This document shows, piece after piece, positions 7,078 through 13,213 of a DNA stretch of 40,616 nucleotides. The position numbers and the translations under genes were made by a program. Under the pieces are notes generated by a model. It saw nothing but the letters and a program-made list of their open reading frames with translations, made no database searches and was not told the origin of the DNA. Source of the DNA: a virus (lineage: Duplodnaviria; Heunggongvirae; Uroviricota; Caudoviricetes); IMG/VR virus record IMGVR_UViG_3300038393_003162, positions 212,407 through 253,022 of that record. The stretch is one strand, 5' to 3'. Every line of letters starts with the position of its first letter. The stretch's first letter is position 1.

Positions 7078-7167
7078 CAGGGACGGCAGGAATCGAACCT
7101 GCGACGGGGCTTTCGCCACTCCACATTAACAGTGTGGTACAACCAACCAAACAGTTGCCTCATCCCT
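7078..7167 (-). tRNA. trnN: tRNA-Asn(GTT) with long variable arm
   Basis: AGGGATG/CGTCCCT acceptor, CCACA-CTGTTAA-TGTGG anticodon arm, 18-nt variable region with GGC-GAAA-GCC hairpin, G73. Confidence 0.88.
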
Positions 7168-7171
7168 ATAA

Positions 7172-7243
7172 AGCTACCACAAGGATTTGCGCCCTGTTCT
7201 CTGAGGTACAAGCTCAGCGTAATACTACATATACCATGGTAGC
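7172..7243 (-). tRNA. trnT: tRNA-Thr(TGT), non-canonical T loop
   Basis: GCTACCA/TGGTAGC acceptor, CTGAG-CTTGTAC-CTCAG anticodon arm, T loop CGCAAAT. Confidence 0.8.
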
Positions 7244-7253
7244 GAACAGGCTC

Positions 7254-7877
7254 TCAGTAACTTCTTCCTTCTTTATATCTCTGTCTTCTATAATATCGAC
7301 CATTGCCCATATTTCTCCCTTTAAAAGTGGGTGTTTGTGAATCGCAATTAGGGCAAAGCAATCGCAAATTTTCTAGTCGCCAATCATCCGCATTGCCATT
7401 GATATGATCTAGAATTAAAGACAATTGCTTACCTTGCCATTCCACAATTCCACATTCTCGGCACTTATATCCTTCAGTATCCGTGAAATACCGCTTTGCC
7501 GACACCTTTCCAGGGGCTACACCCGAACTCTCCATCTCTTGACGCGATTCATTCCATTTATGTTTTTGACAACATTCATTAGAACAGAACTTTTCATTTT
7601 CTGTTGTCTTTTGACAATTTAAACATACCACATTAGGTCTTGAATAGGTATCTTTTTTAAAGTTCCTAGGCTTACCTAAATTATTGAAAGATGCCGCACA
7701 AGAATGACTACAAAATCGATTACGACGTTTCTCATAGCAAATGGAATCGTCACAATTTTTACATCTCACAGGATTCAGATTATAATCTTCTTGAAGTCTT
7801 TTATACCTCTCTTGATGTGTTTTACAAGTCTTTGTATATCCTAATTTACCTGCTTCACTTCTAGTCATCTTTCTCAT
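7254..7877 (-). CDS. HNH homing endonuclease (207 aa)
   Basis: CxxCG...LILDHINGNADDWRLENLRLLCPNCDSQT; N-terminal CxxC/FCSxxC; GGAGG SD before ATG 7877. Confidence 0.9.
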   Translation of the reverse strand: MRKMTRSEAGKLGYTKTCKTHQERYKRLQEDYNLNPVRCKNCDDSICYEKRRNRFCSHSCAASFNNLGKPRNFKKDTYSRPNVVCLNCQKTTENEKFCSNECCQKHKWNESRQEMESSGVAPGKVSAKRYFTDTEGYKCRECGIVEWQGKQLSLILDHINGNADDWRLENLRLLCPNCDSQTPTFKGRNMGNGRYYRRQRYKEGRSY

Positions 7878-8045
7878 ATAGCCTCCTTGACTATATGAGA
7901 GTATGCCTGAAATTAAAATCAAAATGAATTTAGTAAATACTTTGTACTTAGACTTAACATTCATTAAGCAAATGCGGCTCCGCTGTTTAACGTGGATACA
8001 CAGAACGCTCACGGGACAGTTTAATGTGTTGTACCTAGCACGGAA

Positions 8046-8328
8046 TGTCGCATCCAGGGCTCGAACCTGGCATACGGGTTTGGATTGCTAAAGCGTTCCC
8101 GCGTGTCAACCATTGGAGGATTGGTCGCGAACATCGCCCTCAAACCTACTTGGGTTCGCTACTGACTATCATACTGGTCGCAAGCCTGTCCGGACCATGC
8201 TTCCGGCTCACGGTTTTTCGGCTTTTTAAAGCTTTAGCAATCGTTACTTGCGGGGTTCTGATAGTGTTTGCTTGCCCTTTCGAGGATGATTCTTATGTTT
8301 GCTTCCAACACTCCTACACTAATGCGAC
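8046..8328 (-). ncRNA. 283-nt tRNA-like RNA with ~200-nt D-loop insertion and expanded anticodon loop
   Basis: Acceptor GTCGCAT/ATGCGAC + A73, U8A9, D stem GTGT/ACAC, CGGG/CCCG stem, perfect T arm CCAGG-TTCGAGC-CCTGG; 12-bp complementarity between 8083-8094 and 8231-8242. Confidence 0.65.
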
Positions 8329-8365
8329 ATGTGTTATTGTATCAAATTCATGATATTTTACAAGG

Positions 8366-9028
8366 TCAAATTAAACCATTATCACTGCCTAGTTCGGGAA
8401 CAATATTAAAATCATTTTTCAAACAATCGGCTACCCAACATGCTTCTCTAATGACTTTCCATATAAAAGGACTCACAGTCATTTCAAATGTAAATCTTGC
8501 CTCTGACTTAGAGGAAGATAATTTTTCCCAATCCTTTTTTGCCAACTCATCGTCTTCGTGTAAAAGCCCTCCATAGAAAAAAGCTTTCAATATACGACCA
8601 AGAGAATAGTCCTCGCCTTCGATCATAACTGTACATAATCCTCCTTGATATGCTATAAATTTTCCATGTCCTGTACCGGCTTTGTAAAACTCCAACAAAT
8701 AATTAATATCGGATGAGATTTCTTTAGAGGATGCCAGCATCAACTCACGCAAAGAAGAAATGCCTGTTGCCATATTTGCTTCAGATTTCAAAAATAATTT
8801 GCGAAAATCAATAGTGAATGATCGTAAAAGGTCCTTCGGAAGCGGATAAGTCTTCATCGTAAGACCACCTTCTTCGATTAATTCCGAAGTGTCTTTATGG
8901 TAAGCAATAATATGCTTTACATAATTAGAAGTTCTTATTTTTTGAACAAGATTAACGAACTTCAAGCCACGTTCTCTGGCTTCATCGGCTTTTGATTTTA
9001 AAATATCTACGTCTTGATTCATTGGCAT
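8366..9028 (-). CDS. hypothetical protein (~220 aa), AT-rich
   Basis: Long ORF overlapping the upstream HNH stop by 10 nt. Confidence 0.7.
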   Translation of the reverse strand: MPMNQDVDILKSKADEARERGLKFVNLVQKIRTSNYVKHIIAYHKDTSELIEEGGLTMKTYPLPKDLLRSFTIDFRKLFLKSEANMATGISSLRELMLASSKEISSDINYLLEFYKAGTGHGKFIAYQGGLCTVMIEGEDYSLGRILKAFFYGGLLHEDDELAKKDWEKLSSSKSEARFTFEMTVSPFIWKVIREACWVADCLKNDFNIVPELGSDNGLI

Positions 9029-9636
9029 GCTCCTTTGTTTCTCTTCTCAAGCAAAATAAATTCTCGATGAAGACACCTATGACAATTAGCACACATTACT
9101 TCACACTTCTTCATCTCTTCTAAAATTCTATTTTTACCATAATTATAAGCAATCATGTAGCTTATATCAGCTATTTTTTCATTTGAATTTAGATGATGAA
9201 AATCTAAACAAGCCGGATCATTTTCTCCGCATTTAACACAACGTGATAATTTTTTTATTTCTATAAACCACTCTTTCGTTTCTAATCTTTTCTTAGCTAC
9301 TGCCGAATTCCCATTAATTCGTACATCTCGGCTGTGATGTTTTCTATGGCAATTAGCACACAATATCGTACATTTACTGATTTCCTCAAGAATTTTATTT
9401 TCACTATATGCTTGATTCACCATATTGGCTATGCCCATAAATTTTTCATCTTCATGATGAAACTCTAAGCATAGTCCTTGGTCGCAACCACATTGTTGAC
9501 ACTGCATAGTGGATTTTAAGTTTCGCATCCACTCCGCTCGTTTTTGACGTCTGTCATTAAGACAGGTTTTGTACTTATCTTTATTTCTTTCGTAGTGCTC
9601 TCTTTGTCTTTGTTTTTGCTTTTCTTTATCTCTCAT
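9019..9636 (-). CDS. tandem double-HNH endonuclease
   Basis: Two copies of CxxCG..xCLxFHH...KCxxxCANCHR. Confidence 0.85.
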   Translation of the reverse strand: MRDKEKQKQRQREHYERNKDKYKTCLNDRRQKRAEWMRNLKSTMQCQQCGCDQGLCLEFHHEDEKFMGIANMVNQAYSENKILEEISKCTILCANCHRKHHSRDVRINGNSAVAKKRLETKEWFIEIKKLSRCVKCGENDPACLDFHHLNSNEKIADISYMIAYNYGKNRILEEMKKCEVMCANCHRCLHREFILLEKRNKGACQ

Positions 9637-9801
9637 TCATTAAATGAGTGTTCAATTCATAAAAAATGATTAAATAAAATGCCACGGCAACGGTGCGTTC
9701 CGCGACCGTGGCATTCGAACCTAGGGAGTCCACTTTCTACGCAACTCCCTAAATCACTCTATCGTCCAAATTTTCAAAGAATCGAGTCCCTTCGAGACTC
9801 A

Positions 9802-9876
9802 TCGGAGCGGTCGGATTCGAACCGACATTCTTCGCGCCCCAAACGCGACGGATTAACCAAGTTTTCCTACGCTCCG
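9802..9876 (-). tRNA. trnP: tRNA-Pro(TGG)
   Basis: CGGAGCG/CGCTCCG acceptor, TCGCG-TTTGGGG-CGCGA anticodon arm, TTCGAAT T loop, A73. Confidence 0.95.
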
Positions 9877-9884
9877 TATTTGTC

Positions 9885-10103
9885 TTATCGCTTACCTGCT
9901 CGCATCTTCTTCAGACCACGTCGAGCCTTCTCGGTCTCAGCCGCCTCTCGTGCGACCATCCAGATTCGGCGCACCTTGCGAGGGGTATCCTTGTGGCGTT
10001 CCATCTCGCGGCACTTGTCGATCCAGGAGAGCAATTCTCGATCAGTCATATCCAGCGGCTCGGTTTGCTTTAGTCGTTCCAGTTCCTTTTCGCCCATTTT
10101 CAT
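9885..10103 (-). CDS. hypothetical protein (72 aa)
   Basis: GAGG SD before ATG 10103. Confidence 0.6.
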   Translation of the reverse strand: MKMGEKELERLKQTEPLDMTDRELLSWIDKCREMERHKDTPRKVRRIWMVAREAAETEKARRGLKKMRAGKR

Positions 10104-10118
10104 TACCTCGATACAAAC

Positions 10119-10160
10119 AAAAAAACCCTCGCTCAAGCTTTGTTCGCCTGAACGAGGGTT
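10119..10160 (-). terminator. intrinsic terminator (possibly conditional)
   Basis: 14-bp stem AACCCTCGTTCAGG/CTTGAGCGAGGGTT ending in a run of 7 T. Confidence 0.8.
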
Positions 10161-10184
10161 AGATTGTTTGAATCTTCCGCTCTG

Positions 10185-10368
10185 GTTCAGGCTTTCACAC
10201 CCGACCCAGATGAGTGAGGTGTGATTTAGATGGTCGTCGCGGGCTTATTCTGCCCGTTATCGCCAACACATGGCGCGACAATGACGGTACGCACGATATG
10301 CGTATTCCTCATTGTATGCCAGTTTTGTTGACGTTTGCCGACGAATCTCATCTCACACCATCCTGAAC
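10185..10368 (-). ncRNA. candidate riboswitch-like pseudoknotted RNA domain
   Basis: Nested stems GTTCAGG/CCTGAAC, GATGGT/ACCATC, TCGTCG/CGACGA, ACAATGA/TCATTGT, TACGCA/TGCGTA, CGCCA/TGGCG, CGGGC/GCCCG, TCACACC/GGTGTGA; pseudoknot AGATGAG/CTCATCT. Confidence 0.55.
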
Positions 10369-10407
10369 GAAAAATTATTTGTTTGAGGGACCTACCTCGG
10401 TCCTCAG

Positions 10408-10479
10408 ATGCGGTGGAAGGATTTGAACCTTCGTCCTCCAGGTTATGAGCCTGGCAAGCTACCACTGCTCCACACCGCG
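10408..10479 (-). tRNA. trnfM: initiator-type tRNA-fMet(CAT)
   Basis: CGCGGTG/CACCGCA acceptor with C1xA72 mismatch, CTCATAA loop; closely resembles bacterial tRNA-fMet. Confidence 0.9.
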
Positions 10480-10585
10480 AACTTGTATTGTACGACTATA
10501 TAGACACCGCCATTTGTTTTTTGGTCACTTAGCAAAGAAAGAAAATTCTTTACACAAATGACGGCGTCTTAATCGTGATGTACTT

Positions 10586-10614
10586 AATATAGCATAGATG
10601 TTTAACTTTTGCAA
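10586..10614 (-). promoter_or_regulatory. strong sigma70-type promoter of the tRNA operon
   Basis: TTGCAA-N17-TATATT, TG extension, AT-rich UP-like tract upstream. Confidence 0.7.
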
Positions 10615-10653
10615 GAAAAATATTTTAAATTTTTCAATTTTATTTTTAGAGGC

Positions 10654-10691
10654 AAAAATAGAGGCAAGGCAATTCCGTTTGCTCTGCCTCT
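10654..10691 (-). terminator. intrinsic terminator
   Basis: AGAGGCA...GCAA-loop-TTGC...TGCCTCT followed by ATTTTT. Confidence 0.6.
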
Positions 10692-10831
10692 CACTGCATC
10701 GTGGGAACCTGCCTGGCGGCAATGAGCTTATCGGTCAATCCGTTGACCACTTCCGGCTCTAGGGCTGATCCTTACGGATCTCCAGGCTGCCCGTTTGCTT
10801 CCCGAGGGAAGTCTCCACGTGTGGGCGATTG
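10654..10831 (-). ncRNA. candidate stand-alone structured sRNA (~175 nt)
   Basis: Own promoter and terminator, no ORF; multiple hairpins plus pseudoknot GCCTGG/CCAGGC. Confidence 0.55.
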
Positions 10832-10837
10832 AGTAAT

Positions 10838-10866
10838 ATCTTACCAGATTGAGGTCGAGAGGTCAA
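10838..10866 (-). promoter_or_regulatory. sigma70-type promoter (extended -10)
   Basis: TTGACC-N17-TAAGAT with TG extension. Confidence 0.6.
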
Positions 10867-10882
10867 GTTCGATTTAGATAGT

Positions 10883-10920
10883 AAAACAAAAAATGCCACC
10901 GGGAGCGGAACCCGGTGGCA
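10883..10920 (-). terminator. intrinsic terminator
   Basis: TGCCACCGGG/CCCGGTGGCA stem followed by TTTTTTGTTTT. Confidence 0.85.
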
Positions 10921-10957
10921 CTTCGGTCATCCTGGGGGATTTCTTGACGGTTGACTG

Positions 10958-11392
10958 TTAGTTACAGCCACGGACACCGCAAGACCCACGAGACCGAATC
11001 TTCACGCGGGTGGTCGCTTTGAACGAACCACCGCCGCGATTCCGGAAGGCACTGAGCAACCCGCTGCGACCGCCGTAGCATCCGCCGCCGCCACCGAATG
11101 CGGAGCCGCTGTAGCAACTCCCGGCACCGGCTGAGAATGAGCCGCTGTAGCAGCCGGACGCCTGCGCCATTGGGACCACGGGAACGACCGGGGTCACGGC
11201 GGCACCGCTGTAGCAGCTTCCTCCTCCGAACGACGGTGCGGCGCTATAGCAGCCGGACGAGCCGTAGGACGAGAAGGATTGGCTGGACGACTGCGCCGAC
11301 GAGTAGTAGCTACTGCCGCCGACCTGGGGGCAGGCACCTGTGGGACAAGGGATCTGGGTCAACGCCGCGAGAACGAGCAACTTGATCATCAA
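10958..11392 (-). CDS. secreted Gly/Ser/Cys-rich low-complexity protein with (G/S)CY(S/G) repeats
   Basis: Signal-peptide-like N-terminus, five CY(S/G) units, basic C-terminus; own promoter and terminator. Confidence 0.7.
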   Translation of the reverse strand: MMIKLLVLAALTQIPCPTGACPQVGGSSYYSSAQSSSQSFSSYGSSGCYSAAPSFGGGSCYSGAAVTPVVPVVPMAQASGCYSGSFSAGAGSCYSGSAFGGGGGCYGGRSGLLSAFRNRGGGSFKATTRVKIRSRGSCGVRGCN

Positions 11393-11473
11393 ACAAAATC
11401 CTCATGAACTAGGCGGGGCGATCCTCCGAGATCGCCCGGAAACGAAAGAGACTTGCCGTACAAGGCAGGAGCC

Positions 11474-11502
11474 ATTGTATCCACGGGAGGTTGGGTTGGC
11501 AA
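11474..11502 (-). promoter_or_regulatory. sigma70-type promoter
   Basis: TTGCCA-N17-TACAAT. Confidence 0.6.
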
Positions 11503-11579
11503 CCTCAATTTTGGTGGGTAATTAAAATTGAACTTAGATTACATTGAACTTATTAAGATACTTATATATTTGAAAGAAA

Positions 11580-11617
11580 ATAAAACCCCAAGGGACAACT
11601 GCAACTGTCCCTTGGGG
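11580..11617 (-). terminator. intrinsic terminator
   Basis: 12-bp stem CCCCAAGGGACA/TGTCCCTTGGGG followed by TTTTATTT. Confidence 0.85.
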
Positions 11618-11925
11618 GAGTCCTCATTCACGGCAGAGGACCGGCATTCCGCCTGTTTCTGGCGACCGATTGCTGAGTCATTTCACATCCATACCAATTA
11701 TTAGTTGGCACGAACGGATCATCAACAATTTACCAGCACCGCTTTCGCGATACTGGTCCGGTCTAACAGGAAACATGGGGTCTAGTAGTCGAACTCCCTC
11801 CCTGGCAAAAAAGGAGCTAAACGAGTTATACCCCCAGACACTCTTTTCTCTGAAGTTTTTCGTCCTCAGAGGGAGACGAAGGCATTTATCTTTACCCCCT
11901 GGTTCAAAATCAGGAGGAGAGTCAC
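11618..11925 (-). ncRNA. candidate ~310-nt structured RNA downstream of the HNH-like gene
   Basis: Continuous hairpins, e.g. the 11-bp ACCAGTATCGC-GAAA-GCGGTGCTGGT; no convincing ORF. Confidence 0.4.
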
Positions 11926-11932
11926 AATGCCT

Positions 11933-13192
11933 TTAACGACTGATTCCAATTATACCAGATTCGGGTCTGGTGTAAAGACTTTTACTGATCGATTTCTTAT
12001 CCACCGGGGTCGTGATTGCCTTTTCGAAGCTCCAATTTCGCTTAAGGCGAGCGGTGATTGTTACTCGACTCGAAACAACTCGCCGCTTATCCTTGAGCCA
12101 TTCGGACATTGTTTTCTCTTCGCCGAACGCTCGGTACAAGGGCATTTGTTGCTCGGGGTGAGTGATTGCTCTTTCCGGTTCCCAATTGCTATAGAGCCGG
12201 TGCCTCAGCAACTTCACATTGACACGGCAACGACCATCATTCGCCCATTCCCTGATTGTCTTCTTTTCGCCGAATGCTTCATATTCCTCGAAAGTTCGCA
12301 GATCAACAGATATTGCCTTTTCATTATCTTGAGATGTGTTACATTTTTTCAAGCGTTTGCGAAGACTGTGGTATGTGTTCCCGGTTCCGCACCTGGGGTC
12401 TTGCAGCCACTCTGCGAGAGTTTTCGACTCTCCGAATGCTTCGTATTTTTCAGGCAAAAAAGCGTAATCATGCGTAAAGGCTTTTTGAAAACTCCATTTT
12501 TCCACGACGATCCGCTGGCGAATCGTTTCCGGAGCGGCTGCCGGACGTCGTGGGTCTCGCATCCATTGTTCCCAAGTTTTCTTCTCGCCGAACGCCGTAT
12601 ATATCTTTCCACGGGTGCTGGTTGTATTGACCGCTTCGGCGACGGTCATCCCCGATTTAATCCTACTCCGCAGGGTTGATGGGCTTTTTCCGGTGATAAA
12701 AGCCAATTCTCCGATTGTGTATTTCTCCCCTTCGTATTCATGTTTCGCGTAGCTGGGACGGTCTTTTTTCCAGAAACAATTTTCAGGGGAATATCCCTGC
12801 GATTTGTCTCGACGTTGTAGACTATAGCAGCGTCTAGGTTTTGGCTTGCGACCCATGTTGGCGAGGAATTGGGTAAATCCGTTCTCGCCTTTCCACGATT
12901 CACAGACATCGTCTGGACTTCTCTTGACCATCTTCGACCATGCTTTGTGTTCATGGAACGCGGGGTTTCTTTTGCCGCGTCGGCAATCGCCCTTCTTCCA
13001 GCAATTCTTACAACTATTGTCGGAATATGCGTCGATCAGGTCATGACGAATAACGTGTTTGTGATTGCACTTGATACACTGACATTTCCAGTACCGTCTT
13101 TTTCTCTTATCGGAGGATTCGGATTTAAAGACCAAGTCAAGGACTTTCCAGGTTCCGATGGTTTGTCCGGTCAAGTCGATGAGGGTCCGCAT
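11933..13192 (-). CDS. HNH-like homing endonuclease family protein with five C-terminal ~45-aa repeats
   Basis: IDLTGQTIG.W.V...WKCQC...SC; F..F...MG..P...SLQRRD...Y.PENC.W; repeats Y-x-AFGE-x-KT-x-x-(E/Q)W. Confidence 0.75.
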   Translation of the reverse strand: MRTLIDLTGQTIGTWKVLDLVFKSESSDKRKRRYWKCQCIKCNHKHVIRHDLIDAYSDNSCKNCWKKGDCRRGKRNPAFHEHKAWSKMVKRSPDDVCESWKGENGFTQFLANMGRKPKPRRCYSLQRRDKSQGYSPENCFWKKDRPSYAKHEYEGEKYTIGELAFITGKSPSTLRSRIKSGMTVAEAVNTTSTRGKIYTAFGEKKTWEQWMRDPRRPAAAPETIRQRIVVEKWSFQKAFTHDYAFLPEKYEAFGESKTLAEWLQDPRCGTGNTYHSLRKRLKKCNTSQDNEKAISVDLRTFEEYEAFGEKKTIREWANDGRCRVNVKLLRHRLYSNWEPERAITHPEQQMPLYRAFGEEKTMSEWLKDKRRVVSSRVTITARLKRNWSFEKAITTPVDKKSISKSLYTRPESGIIGISR

Positions 13193-13213
13193 TGGTGAAA
13201 ATCCTTTATTGGA

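Noticed and set aside
8046-8328. tmRNA
   Set aside because: No G3:U70 Ala acceptor, the D stem and an anticodon-like arm are present, and there is no convincing tag frame ending in an ALAA-like sequence.
11855-11875. CTGAGGA-C-GAAA hammerhead-like core on the minus strand
   Set aside because: No stem II between the two conserved segments.
11615-11900. tmRNA (GGGGGT...ACTCCCCCA ends)
   Set aside because: The acceptor pairs only 5-6 bp and there is no T arm.
11927-12679. 250-aa + strand ORF with an AGGAGG upstream
   Set aside because: Lies entirely antisense to the HNH-like gene with no protein-like motifs; the SD-like bases are explained by an RNA stem on the other strand.
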